64,000 nt of DNA from assembly GCA_963933835.1 (NCBI GenBank), contig CAWVVV010000002.1:288001-352000 (forward strand), read 5' to 3'. A program made the translations under genes and the position numbers. Source of the stretch: an uncultured Puniceicoccaceae bacterium. Its GTDB lineage: Bacteria > Verrucomicrobiota > Verrucomicrobiia > Opitutales > Oceanipulchritudinaceae. Under the pieces are notes generated by a model. It worked only from the letters and a program-made list of their open reading frames with translations, searched no databases and was not told where the DNA came from. Every line of letters starts with the position of its first letter. Position 1 is the stretch's first letter. Positions 19,212-29,515 of this stretch are shown here, piece after piece.

Positions 19212-21806
19212 ATGAGATCGATTTGTCGCTGGGTTTGGGTCCTGTATTTCCTCCTCCTGGCAGCCTCTTATCTTGGGCAATGGATCGTATCTGACACCTC
19301 AGCGCTTCCGTCGGGTATGCAAATCTTCGAGGTGCCCGAGCGCTTAGCATCCGGAGAACGAACAGGCCGCTTGATCAAGATGGCCACCTACACGAGTGGG
19401 CCCGATGAAGGACCCACGCTCGTTCTGATCCACGGTAGCCCCGTCGCTTCATCGGCGATGCGAGGCCTCAAGCGTGAATTGGAGAAGGCTCTGCCCGATT
19501 GGAGAATCCTTGTCCCGGACATGCCGGGGCTGGGCGCATCAACGAGCGAAGTAACAGACTACTCGGTCGCGGCGCATGGCTACGCTGTCCTAGATCTGCT
19601 CGATGCGCTCGACGTAGAAGAGGCTCACCTCTTGGGCTACAGCATGGGCGGAGGCGTCATCCTTGAGGTCTCCCGGATCGCGCCGGATCGCATTGATTCA
19701 TTGATCATGGCGTCGGCAATCGGCGTTCAAGCGTATGAGCTTTTTGGATCCTATGAGCTGAACCATTCGGTGCACTGGATGCAGTGGGCCGCGCTGAAAG
19801 GCATCGATCTGCTCGTCCCGCATTTTGGATTCTTCGAGAAGCAGCCCCTGGATTTAGGCTACGCGCGTAACTTTTTGTATACGGATCAAAGACCCCTGAG
19901 CGAGGCACTCAAAAGCTACGTCGGCCCGATGCTCATCCATCATGGCCGGGCGGATAACTTGATCCCGATCCAAGCGGCAAAGGAACACGCCCGCCTCGTG
20001 CCTCAAGCCGAGTTAGAACTCTTCGATGGCGGCCACCTCGATGTGATTTCAAATCCGATGCGCTATGTGGCCCTGTTCGCCGATTTCGTTGCTCGTGCTG
20101 AGGCGGGTGAAGCGACCCTTCGAGCTGAAGCAAGCGCCGAGCGTATCAATGCTGCGGATCAGCCTTTTGTCAGGGACCGCAGTTGGCACTACGAGGGGTT
20201 AGCGCTCTTTATCGTCATCAGTCTCCTCATGGCTGCGACGATGGTCTCGGAAGACCTGACTTGTATTGGCGGAGGCTTACTCGCGGCCAATGGTTTGATT
20301 TCACTCCCAGCAGCCGTTATCGCGTGCTTCCTCGGCATCTTTATTGGCGATCTACTGCTCTACACGGCGGGGAGATCTCTGGGTCGGAGCGCGCTTTCTC
20401 GGAGACCAATGCGCTGGTTCGTTCGCCCAGAGGCTGAGAAACGCGCCGAGGCTTGGTTCGCGCGGCGCGGCGCGGTCATCATCTTGGTCTCTCGGGTTTT
20501 GCCCGGGACGAGGGCGGCGACCTATTTTACCGCGGGCGTGCTGAAGGCTCCTCTTGGACGCTTTCTCCTTTTCTTTGGGGTCGCGGCCGCGATCTGGACA
20601 CCGCTTCTTGTCGGAGGCGCCAGCTTGATCGGGGAGCAGATGCTCAGAGTCTATGCTTCATACGAGGCCTATGCGCTCCCGCTTCTATTGGCGACGGGCT
20701 TATGTCTGTATCTGATCATTGGATACGGAATACCTGCCTTGAGTTGGGGCGGGCGAAGACTGCTTTTGGGTAAATGGAGGCGCTGTACACGCTGGGAGTA
20801 TTGGCCGCTCTGGCTGGTGAATGCACCGGTGTTTATCTACGTCTTGTGGCTTGTCCTTATTCGCTACCGCAAGCCGATGATCTTCACCCTTTCGAATCCC
20901 GGGATGCCGCACGGCGGGTTCATCGGCGAAAGCAAGGGGGATATCTTAGCGAGTATGCCAACCTTTGCCTCACATGTCATCCCATGGGACCGGTGTCCCG
21001 TAGGTGAACCGCTGGATGAGAGAATGGAACGGCTGCGTGCGATTCAGTCGAAGGGTCAGCCTTGGCCAATCGTGATCAAGCCCGACGAGGGTCAGCGTGG
21101 TCTTGGGGTGAGAATTGTTAAATCGGAAGAGGAGGCAAAGGAGACGCTTGGCCACTTGGATGAATCCCTCGTTCTCCAAGAGTTCGTCGATGGCCCTGAG
21201 TATGGAGTATTCTACTACAGGTATCCTGAGGCTGAAAAAGGAGTGATCTCTTCGATCACAATCAAGCAATTGACCTCTGTGACGGGTGATGGGGAGCGAT
21301 CGCTTGAAGATCTTATTTTGGCCGATGATCGCACTGTAGATCGAGCTACCTATTTCCTTGATCAGATGTCTGATGCACTTCTTGAGGTGCCAAAGTTAGG
21401 TGAGCGAGTGCCGTTGGTTGAGCTTGGGACACACTCTCGGGGTGCGACTTTTTTGGATGGAGCTCACTTATTGACAGACGAGCTGCTTGAGGCAGTTGAA
21501 AAGATTTCGCGCTCGTATGAGGGATTCTACTACGGGCGCTTCGACTTTAAGGCACCATCAGAAGTTGCCCTTCGCGCAGGGCAGGGCCTAAAAATGATTG
21601 AGTTGAATGGTCTGACGTCAGAGCCGACCCACATTTACGCGCCGGGTGCGTCGCTCTTCACGGGGTGGAAGACACTCATGATCCATTGGCACATCGCGAT
21701 TCGAATCGGGATGCAGAATGAACGGGCAGGGATGAAGCCGTCGGCAGTGAAGGACTTTATTCACTGGTGGTGGCTGAGCTATCACCGCCAGAAAAACAAG
21801 GGCTAA
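19212..21806 (+). CDS. Alpha/beta-hydrolase + DedA/VTT + ATP-grasp fusion protein
   Basis: Hydrolase: LIHGSP, PDMPGLG, GYSMGG, HGRADNLIP, GGHL. DedA: SEDL, IGDLLLY, SRVLPGTR. ATP-grasp: IKPDEGQRGLGV, LQEFV, GRFD, IELNG. Confidence 0.85.
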   Translation: MRSICRWVWVLYFLLLAASYLGQWIVSDTSALPSGMQIFEVPERLASGERTGRLIKMATYTSGPDEGPTLVLIHGSPVASSAMRGLKRELEKALPDWRILVPDMPGLGASTSEVTDYSVAAHGYAVLDLLDALDVEEAHLLGYSMGGGVILEVSRIAPDRIDSLIMASAIGVQAYELFGSYELNHSVHWMQWAALKGIDLLVPHFGFFEKQPLDLGYARNFLYTDQRPLSEALKSYVGPMLIHHGRADNLIPIQAAKEHARLVPQAELELFDGGHLDVISNPMRYVALFADFVARAEAGEATLRAEASAERINAADQPFVRDRSWHYEGLALFIVISLLMAATMVSEDLTCIGGGLLAANGLISLPAAVIACFLGIFIGDLLLYTAGRSLGRSALSRRPMRWFVRPEAEKRAEAWFARRGAVIILVSRVLPGTRAATYFTAGVLKAPLGRFLLFFGVAAAIWTPLLVGGASLIGEQMLRVYASYEAYALPLLLATGLCLYLIIGYGIPALSWGGRRLLLGKWRRCTRWEYWPLWLVNAPVFIYVLWLVLIRYRKPMIFTLSNPGMPHGGFIGESKGDILASMPTFASHVIPWDRCPVGEPLDERMERLRAIQSKGQPWPIVIKPDEGQRGLGVRIVKSEEEAKETLGHLDESLVLQEFVDGPEYGVFYYRYPEAEKGVISSITIKQLTSVTGDGERSLEDLILADDRTVDRATYFLDQMSDALLEVPKLGERVPLVELGTHSRGATFLDGAHLLTDELLEAVEKISRSYEGFYYGRFDFKAPSEVALRAGQGLKMIELNGLTSEPTHIYAPGASLFTGWKTLMIHWHIAIRIGMQNERAGMKPSAVKDFIHWWWLSYHRQKNKG

Positions 21807-22892
21807 GGAAAGATGCCACGCAGCTGTTTTGCTTTCGCGACGCGCTTGATCCCAAGGGTTTGAGCGGCTTCTCGCCGGGTTAGCCCTAAGCGCTCTTTTT
21901 GGTCTTCGACTTCAGCTCGGGCTTTGTCGAGGAGATCGAAGAGTCTTTGTAGAACCTTCTCGCGGGACCAAAAAAGGCTTTGCAAGCCTTGGACCCATTC
22001 AAAGTAAGAGACGATGACGCCGCCGCTGTTGCAGAGGACATCGGGGATGATCTCGATGTCGCCGCGCTCTTCGATGATCTTGTCTGCTTCGGTTGTGGTG
22101 GGTCCGTTGGCAGCTTCGGCAAGAAAGCGGCAGTTTAGCTTGGGTGCGTTGTCTGCATCAATCACTCGCTCGAGAGCGGCCGGGACGAGGACGGTACACT
22201 TGAGGAGAAGAAGTTCTTCATTCGTGATCGACTCGGCACCTTCGTAGTCTTTGAGAGACCCATACGTATTGACGTGCCGGAGGGCATCGTGGACATCGAT
22301 CCCTTTTGGATTATGGAATGCGCCTGAGACGTAGCTGATACCGATGACGCGATAACCGTAGTCAACAAAACCAAGTGCGGCATTTGAGCCGACATTTCCG
22401 AATCCTTGAATCACGACGCGCGTTTGGACAGGTCGGATACGGTGGCTTTCAAGGTAGCGTTTCACGATATAGGCGACCCCGCGACCCGTCGCTTCTTCGC
22501 GTCCTTCTGAGCCACCAATTTCAATCGGTTTACCGGTTACGATCGCTGGCGTTGAGCAGCCGATGATGTTCGAGTAAGTATCCATCATCCACGCCATGGT
22601 CTGTGGATTTGTGCCGAGGTCGGGTGCCATGATGTCGACGTTGGGGCCAACAAAAGGTAAGACCTCCTGCATGTAGCGGCGGGCGACGCGTTCGCTTTCC
22701 CTCAGGCTGAGTGCTCGGGGATCGATCGCAACACCCCCTTTGGCTCCACCGTAGGGGAGACCGACGAGGGCGCATTTCCAACTCATCCACATCGCGAGAG
22801 CCCCAACTTCACCAACCGTTACGGCAGGGTGAAATCGGACGCCGCCCTTGGTTGGCCCGAGGGCGAGATGATGCTGCACGCGATAGGCCTCC
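21803..22892 (-). pseudogene. gdhA: Glu/Leu/Phe/Val dehydrogenase (glutamate dehydrogenase), N-terminus lost
   Basis: YRVQHHLALGPTKGGVRFHP, GGAKGG, IQGFGNVG, EAANGP, SYFEWVQ; recognisable homology stops near 22892. Confidence 0.85.
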
Positions 22893-23716
22893 AGGCAACT
22901 GCTGAGCGTAATGGCTTTCGAGTACACATAGCGAATGATGCATCAAAGGCCGAAGCGGCTCTTAAAGAAGGTGTTAAGCCGGATATTGTTTGGGTCGCGG
23001 CGGAGCTTGGGGATGATGATGGCTATGAAGTCCTTGAGAAGCTAAGATCATTAGATGATTTTGATAAGCTTCCTGCACTCGTTCTGACGTCTGCTTTTCA
23101 GACCAAGAACAGAGAGCAAGCTTCAAACGATGCACTGAGTTTACTCTTAGCGAAGCCTGCAAATCACCTTGTTCTTGAAGCGGGCTGCGAGGCTCTCCTC
23201 TTTGCAGATGGCCGCAAGATGAACGAGTCAGATCATCAAGAAGAGGCTCCGTCATTAGAGCTCGATGACGAAGATTTAATTGAGGCGAAGGTACGAGCTG
23301 CTTTAACAAATTCTAACAGGCGCAGATTAACCAAGAGCCCATTCGTTGATTACAAAACGTATCTGCCCTTGGATGTGCTCTTAGCGGATTCCCATCGTGC
23401 TCGTGGCGCGACGACTCGACGGGTCCTGAAGCATTTTAATAAGGCAACCAAGGTAGTTCAGAGTGCAAACGAAGTTCTTGATTCATTGGAGAATGCCTCT
23501 TTCGATTTGGTCATACTATCGCATCCCTTGCTCGGATCTGAAGTGAGTCAAGTGACACGTCTAATCCACTAGAAATTGCCTGAAGGTCGCCGGCCAGTGA
23601 TTGTGTCGATGGGGATTGATTACCCTGAAGACTCCGTCGAGGCAGGCATCGATGACCATTTGAGGCTGCCGCTTTCTGTTTCGGCGCTAGGGCTACGCCT
23701 GATTAAGAAGGCGTAG
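22889..23716 (+). pseudogene. C-terminal fragment of a multi-receiver signalling protein with internal TAG at 23570
   Basis: Two degenerate REC domains (GFRVHIA..PDIVWV..LAKP; LDVLLADS..FDLVIL..AGIDDHLRLP); the frame continues past the TAG to 23716; no native start. Confidence 0.7.
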
Positions 23717-23756
23717 CTAATAACTGGATACAGTGATCAGACGACAGGCGTTCGGA

Positions 23757-25184
23757 TCACTTAGCTGTTTCAGATATTCTGCTCTCACGGATAACCGTGA
23801 TCCGTATTGTTCCCGGATACTGAAGCTCATCTTCGACGCGCCTCCGGATTTTTTTCGCGAGGCGACGAGCATCGAGGTCGTCGATCGCTCCAGGGTCTGC
23901 GATGATACGAATTTCTCGGCCTGCTTGCAGCGCGTAGGCTTCTTTGACCCCTTCGCAGGAGAGCGCGATACTTTCTAAGCTTCGAACTCGCTGAATGTAA
24001 CCGTCCATGCTTTCGGCACGTGCGCCTGGGCGCATCGAGCTCAGGCGATCTGCAGTGATGAGAAGTCCGACATAAGGGCTCTCGGCGGGTACTTCACAGT
24101 GGTGGGCAGCGACGGCGTTGAGCACGGTCGCATCTTCCTCGCCGTGCTGTTTGAGAAAGCTAGCTCCCGCGAGGGCATGGCTGCTGTCATACTCTTCGGT
24201 GAGGACTTTCCCGATATCGTGGAAAAGGCCACAGCGCTTCGCGATCTCGGTGTCTAAGCCCAGTTCGGCGGCGATGAGCGCGCAGATGTTTGCGACTTCG
24301 ATGGAGTGGGCGAGCGAGTTTTGATTGTTCGCGAGGCGAAAGTGCATGCGGCCGAGGGCAGAAATAACCTCGGGGTGGATGCGCTTGAGGCGAAGGCGTT
24401 GAATCGCATTTTCACCATAGGCGATGACACTGCGCTGAACCTCCTCGGTTGCTTTGGCGGCGGCCTCTTCGATCGTTACGGGATGAATCCGACCGTCTGC
24501 TATGAGAGACTCGAGGGTGATGCGGGCTATCTCGCGTCGAACGGCGTCGAAGGACGAAATGAGGACGGTTTCAGGCGTTTCATCGATCAGGATGGTTGTT
24601 CCCGTCGTCGATTCGAAAGCTTTGATGTTACGGCCTTCACGGCCGATAATACGCCCTTTCATATCTTCGCTCGGAAGCTTGATAATCGTAGCGGTGATAT
24701 CGTGGTGAGGCTGTGCGGATAAACGCTGAAGGGCGGCGACGAGAATGTTCCGAGCCTCAGCGTCAACTTCTTCGATCGAGCGCTTCAGGTAGTCCTCTTT
24801 CAGATCACGAACTTCATCGGCGCAGTCTTCTTCGACTTCGCGCCGCAGTGCTTGGCGCGCTTCATTGATGTCCATGTTCGCGATCTTGCGCAGGCGATCG
24901 CGGTATTTCTGAGCTTCGTCGCGGGCGTCGTCTTCGCGCTTTTCGGACGTCGCGATCTGCTCTTCGAGGTGAGTTCGCCTGTTTTCAAGTGCGGCGCGCC
25001 CAGTCGCCGTCGTCCGAAGGCCGGACTCGATTTCGATCTTCTTAACTTCGAGTTCCTGCCGCAGATCCTGTTCGCGCCGATCTGCACTCAAGGTCAGAGA
25101 TCGGGTGGTTTTTTGATAAACCATCCAACCGACGCCTGCTGAGGCTGCCGCTGCTACAGATAATGCAATCCAAGTATCCACCAA
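23757..25184 (-). CDS. rny: Ribonuclease Y
   Basis: N-terminal TM and coiled coil, [12 protein letters not shown] (KH), LFHDIGK (HD), RPGAR, QAGREIR. Confidence 0.96.
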   Translation of the reverse strand: MVDTWIALSVAAAASAGVGWMVYQKTTRSLTLSADRREQDLRQELEVKKIEIESGLRTTATGRAALENRRTHLEEQIATSEKREDDARDEAQKYRDRLRKIANMDINEARQALRREVEEDCADEVRDLKEDYLKRSIEEVDAEARNILVAALQRLSAQPHHDITATIIKLPSEDMKGRIIGREGRNIKAFESTTGTTILIDETPETVLISSFDAVRREIARITLESLIADGRIHPVTIEEAAAKATEEVQRSVIAYGENAIQRLRLKRIHPEVISALGRMHFRLANNQNSLAHSIEVANICALIAAELGLDTEIAKRCGLFHDIGKVLTEEYDSSHALAGASFLKQHGEEDATVLNAVAAHHCEVPAESPYVGLLITADRLSSMRPGARAESMDGYIQRVRSLESIALSCEGVKEAYALQAGREIRIIADPGAIDDLDARRLAKKIRRRVEDELQYPGTIRITVIRESRISETAK

Positions 25185-25301
25185 AAGTATATTAGAATGC
25201 GGGCACCGAGGTGCCGCGTGTAACGATAAATCGAATCTCTAGTCGGTTAAGCTGCTTGTTAAGTAACACCATACAAAGGCTGAGAGTGCTTTCAGTCAAC
25301 T

Positions 25302-27041
25302 TTAGCGGAGCTCTTGACCGGTGCCTGCTTCGACGATCTTGAAGTTCTCGACGTGGTAGGTGGGGTCCGCACGGAAGCTGAGTTTGACGCCATAGGTCTC
25401 TTCGATCTCGACGAGCACGGCTTCGTCCTCGTGGCGCAGGCGTTCGAGGGCATGCGGGTGACAAAAGACGCGCAGCCAGGTTGGCTCTGCAGGCTTATCA
25501 GCCGGTGAATTGAGGCGGCGAATGACGCTCGTGAGGCGGCGCTGAATCTCGACACTCATCGTGCGGGAGCTCTTCACTGTTCCACGGCCACCGCAGTAGG
25601 GGCATGAACTGTAAAGTCCGCTTGAGACACTTTCTTTGTGTCGTTGCCGCGTCATCTGCATGATGCCGAGTTGTGAGATAGGGAGGACGTGGTTCTTGGC
25701 ACGGTCTCGATCCATCTCCTGTTTCATCCGGCGGAAGACGGAGGAACGGTCGTTCCGATTCTTCATGTCGATGAAATCGAGAATGATCAGCCCACCGATG
25801 TTTCGTAGTTTGATCTGGCGCGCGATCTCGGTCGCCGCTTCCAGATTTACATCGAGAATGAAGTTCGAATTGTCGCTCTTATTTTTGTGCGCGCCGGTGT
25901 TCACATCGACGGCTACGAGGGCTTCGGTTTCTTCGATGACGATCTCGCCGCCGCTTGGAAGGGCGACTTTGCGGAGGAAGGTTTGCTCGATCTGTCGCTC
26001 GATATTGAAGCGCTCAAAAATCGGGATGTTCTCTTTGAAGACGGCGATCTTGCCACTGCTGCGCTTCGAAATGCGAGCGACGAGCTCGATCATTCGATCT
26101 CCGCCTTCCTGATCGTCGACGAGGACGCGATCGATGTCCTCAGTTAGAAAGTCACGCACCGTGCGCTCAATGATGTCTGGCTCGGTGTAGACGCAGGCGG
26201 GCTGCTTCGCTTTGTCGATGCGCTGTTTGATCTCTGCCCACTGGTTGAGCAGAATCGTGAGGTCGCGAACGAAATAGGTCCAGCGCTTGCCTTCACCCGC
26301 CGTGCGGATGATGACGCCCATGCCCTCAGGAATGGAGAGCTTTTTAAGGATATCTTTGAGGCGCTTGCGCTCCTTGTCGTCTTCGATTTTGCGGGAGACG
26401 CCACATTGGCCCTCGAAGGGCATGAGGACGAGGAAGCGGCCGGGAATGGCGAGGTTGGTCGTGGTCCGTGGTCCCTTCGTGCCGATCGTGCTCTTTGTGA
26501 TCTGAACGACGATTTCCGAGCCGATCGGGTAGAGCTTCGGGATGTCCTTTAGCGTAACCTTGGACTTCTTCTCCTTCTGGTCATCGCTGCGCGTATCGCG
26601 GATAAATTCAACTGAGCTGTCTGCTTGCGGGAGGATGTCCCAGTAGTGCAGGAAGGCGTTCTTAGGCTGGCCGATTTCAACGAAGGCAGCTTTGAGGCCC
26701 GGCTCCAAGTTCTGGATCTTGCCCTTAAAGATGGCGCCGACGAGGCGATCGTCGCCCGCGCGTTCGAGTTCGAACTTTTCGAGCACTCCCTCATTGAGGA
26801 CAGCAACGCGCCGCTCGAGCGGTTCGGAGTTAATGATGACTTCGCGGTAAGAGCGCTTTTCTTTCCGGATTTTCTCAACAAGGCGTTGGATGACCGGGCG
26901 TTCTTCGGCTCGGGCTTCCGCGTCTTTTTTCAGCTGATCGGGATCGACATCAGTGATGGCGACCTCCTCAGGACGTGCTTTGAGTTCAGCTTCTTGGTCG
27001 TCGGGAAGTTTGTCTGTGGTTTCTGCAGATGAAGAGTTCAT
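25302..27041 (-). CDS. rng: Ribonuclease E/G family
   Basis: S1 domain, [33 protein letters not shown]. Confidence 0.94.
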   Translation of the reverse strand: MNSSSAETTDKLPDDQEAELKARPEEVAITDVDPDQLKKDAEARAEERPVIQRLVEKIRKEKRSYREVIINSEPLERRVAVLNEGVLEKFELERAGDDRLVGAIFKGKIQNLEPGLKAAFVEIGQPKNAFLHYWDILPQADSSVEFIRDTRSDDQKEKKSKVTLKDIPKLYPIGSEIVVQITKSTIGTKGPRTTTNLAIPGRFLVLMPFEGQCGVSRKIEDDKERKRLKDILKKLSIPEGMGVIIRTAGEGKRWTYFVRDLTILLNQWAEIKQRIDKAKQPACVYTEPDIIERTVRDFLTEDIDRVLVDDQEGGDRMIELVARISKRSSGKIAVFKENIPIFERFNIERQIEQTFLRKVALPSGGEIVIEETEALVAVDVNTGAHKNKSDNSNFILDVNLEAATEIARQIKLRNIGGLIILDFIDMKNRNDRSSVFRRMKQEMDRDRAKNHVLPISQLGIMQMTRQRHKESVSSGLYSSCPYCGGRGTVKSSRTMSVEIQRRLTSVIRRLNSPADKPAEPTWLRVFCHPHALERLRHEDEAVLVEIEETYGVKLSFRADPTYHVENFKIVEAGTGQELR

Positions 27042-27140
27042 GATGGGTACGGTCTATGGACCGGTTTTGGTAGCGGTAGCTCTCCATCTTCTTAGTTGTA
27101 AGCGTCTTTTCATAAGGGGACACGTCGTCTTGTTTGGCAT

Positions 27141-28337
27141 TTACCAGCGTTCTCGGCGATGCCGGTGGACGCTTTGGATAATGCCTTGGAGAAAACAACA
27201 ACTGAGAATAAAAGAGCCACCGTAACTTAAAAACGGAAGAGGGAGGCCTGTTATGGGTGTCAGGCCAATCGTCATTCCGATGTTAACGAAGATGTGGATT
27301 AAAAAGATCACCGTGACGCCAACCGCGAGGAGCATGCCTAGCCGGTCTCGCGCCATACCGGCAATGCGAACACCATTAGCTAGAAGCGCTCCGAAAAGAC
27401 TGATGACGAGGCCTGCGCCGAGAAAGCCTCGCTCCTCCGCCAGAACGGCGAAGATGAAATCATTGTGTGCAACTGATCGTGGAAGGTAGCCGAGTTGGGC
27501 TTGGAGGCCTTTACCGTGGCCCTTGCCAAAGGGGCCGCCTGCGCCGACTGCCTGCATCGATTGGTTGCGATTCCACGCCGCTTCGGTCCCAGTAGGATCG
27601 ATTACGGCGGGGTTAATAAAGCCCATGATGCGCTCCCTTTGATAGTCGCGCAAGAGGGGGAAAAGTGCTTGGGTTTGGTACTGTCCGCGGGCCTCGTGAG
27701 CGGTGAGCCCGTTGTCCTTGAGGAAGGTGGTATAGCGGTAAAGATCAGCGCCAAGCCAGCCTGCAAACAGCATGCATATTAAAAAAACGATCACGAAAAA
27801 CTTCTGTGATAAACGGGAACCGTAAAGGAGTGCCAACACCGTTGGCGGTAGAATCATACAGGAACCTAGGTCTGGTTGGGTGAAAATCAAGACCATAGGG
27901 AACAACATGACTAAGAAGACCTTACCCAAGGCGAAGAGGGACTCTCCGATCGTCCCCAGCTTGCTCCGAGCGAGGATGCTGGCGGTCATGATGAGGGTTG
28001 CAACTTTGGCGGCCTCAGATGGCTGGTACCGCATCACGACAAAGTTCAGCCAGCGGGTGGCGCCTTCACGGGTGACGCCGAGAGGGGTGTAGATCAAGAT
28101 GAGAAGTATGATCGCCCCAAGGTAGAACCAAATCGCATTTTCTAGGTAGAACTTGTAATCGAGGCGGCTCGTAATGACATAAACGCCGGTCCCCAAAGCC
28201 ATCCAGACGATCTGCCGCAGCCAGTAGCCGCCCCCCGAAGTCAGGGTCGCAGAGTAGATAAAGGAGACGCCAATCACACCCAAAGTGATGATGATCGCAG
28301 GGCTGATCCAGTCGGTCCGGCTTTCATCCGACCCCAT
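27141..28337 (-). CDS. rodA: SEDS peptidoglycan glycosyltransferase RodA
   Basis: GATRW, QPSEAAK, QPDLG, HNDFIF, TGLPLPFLSYGGS; the true start may lie slightly upstream. Confidence 0.9.
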   Translation of the reverse strand: MGSDESRTDWISPAIIITLGVIGVSFIYSATLTSGGGYWLRQIVWMALGTGVYVITSRLDYKFYLENAIWFYLGAIILLILIYTPLGVTREGATRWLNFVVMRYQPSEAAKVATLIMTASILARSKLGTIGESLFALGKVFLVMLFPMVLIFTQPDLGSCMILPPTVLALLYGSRLSQKFFVIVFLICMLFAGWLGADLYRYTTFLKDNGLTAHEARGQYQTQALFPLLRDYQRERIMGFINPAVIDPTGTEAAWNRNQSMQAVGAGGPFGKGHGKGLQAQLGYLPRSVAHNDFIFAVLAEERGFLGAGLVISLFGALLANGVRIAGMARDRLGMLLAVGVTVIFLIHIFVNIGMTIGLTPITGLPLPFLSYGGSFILSCCFLQGIIQSVHRHRRERW

Positions 28338-28695
28338 GACAAGGAGCTGCTTCGTCCTCTCAAAGATTCTATCCTGATCTATCCCCCGGTTAATCCTGAA
28401 AAAGTTGGGTCATCGCTGTGGGCGACTCAATGCTAATTGGCAACAATCTGGGGGCAGAATCGGGAAAGAGTAGCTCATATTCGCGCGCCCCTGTCATTAG
28501 CAGTTTTCATACAGCAATCCACCGAATCTAATAGCATAGGATATCCCCAGCATTGAACGGCCTTTGGCTTTACCTATTAAAGATTCTTATAAAGGCTGCC
28601 CCTAGTATGGCACCTGTTCACACGCCGTTTCTCCCGGTGGTGGATAATAAACGCAGGTTTATGCGCCGTAGACCCTTCTAAAAGGTAGATTAACA

Positions 28696-29496
28696 ATGAG
28701 TTCCCTTACCAAAAAATACCTCATGGCGCTCACGGGCATCGTTCTCGTCGGCTTCGTCTTCGGACACATGGCAGGTAATTTGCAGATGTTTTTGCACCCG
28801 GACTGGATCAATGAGTATGCCTATAAGCTGCAGCACCTTCCTTACGGACTCATCTGGGTCGTTCGCAGCGTGTTACTGCTGTGCGTTGTTGTTCACATCG
28901 TCACCGCTGTCTTGCTCGTCTTGGAGAACAAGCGCGCACGGCCCGTTGGCTACTCGGTGCAGAACCCGCAGGTCTCGACCTTTGCATCGCGGACAATGCG
29001 CTACACCGGACTGATCGTATTAGCCTTCATTGTCTACCACCTCGCGCATTTCACGATTCAGTCGACCAACCCTGAGTTCAAGGATTTGGAGACACCTCTG
29101 GTCGGCACCGCTGGCAAGCACGGGATGGAAAGTCGCACGCTCTGGGGCGTCTACGACAAGCTGACCACTCACGGCGAAAACCCCGCTGCTGCCGCAAACA
29201 ACGTGCACGACGTCTACGCGATGGTCGCGCTCGGCTTTAAGTCACCCCTCGTTTCGGGCTTCTACATCCTTTCGATCCTCCTCCTCTGCATGCACCTCAG
29301 CCATGGCTTCAGCTCGATGTTTCAGAGCATCGGACTGCGCAATGCGGTTTGGCGTGGTCGCCTTGAGCTTGCCGCGAAGGTTCTCTCGTTCGCCCTTTTT
29401 CTGGGGTTCGCCTCTCTTCCGGCGGCAGCCCTGCTCGGTTTCTTCGCCGCCCATCTTTCATCGGCTGTAGAAGCAGCGGGTGCCTTAGCACACTAA
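28696..29496 (+). CDS. sdhC: Succinate dehydrogenase cytochrome b subunit
   Basis: [36 protein letters not shown]. Confidence 0.93.
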   Translation: MSSLTKKYLMALTGIVLVGFVFGHMAGNLQMFLHPDWINEYAYKLQHLPYGLIWVVRSVLLLCVVVHIVTAVLLVLENKRARPVGYSVQNPQVSTFASRTMRYTGLIVLAFIVYHLAHFTIQSTNPEFKDLETPLVGTAGKHGMESRTLWGVYDKLTTHGENPAAAANNVHDVYAMVALGFKSPLVSGFYILSILLLCMHLSHGFSSMFQSIGLRNAVWRGRLELAAKVLSFALFLGFASLPAAALLGFFAAHLSSAVEAAGALAH

Positions 29497-29515
29497 TTTT
29501 CAGCACCCACTAGAT

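Noticed and set aside
22829..22927. Apparent overlapping divergent starts of gdhA and the REC protein
   Set aside because: Both starts are fortuitous read-ins across a deletion junction, not a real overlapping gene pair.
23570..23572. In-frame TAG as possible pyrrolysine or stop recoding
   Set aside because: TAG terminates many intact genes in this window, and the host gene is already 5'-truncated.
25185..25301. Possible 6S RNA upstream of rny
   Set aside because: Only 117 nt, with no long rod-like self-complementarity; more likely a promoter region (TTGACT on the minus strand).
28338..28695. Long rodA-sdhC intergenic region as riboswitch or sRNA
   Set aside because: No recognisable aptamer or strong hairpin; consistent with divergent promoters.
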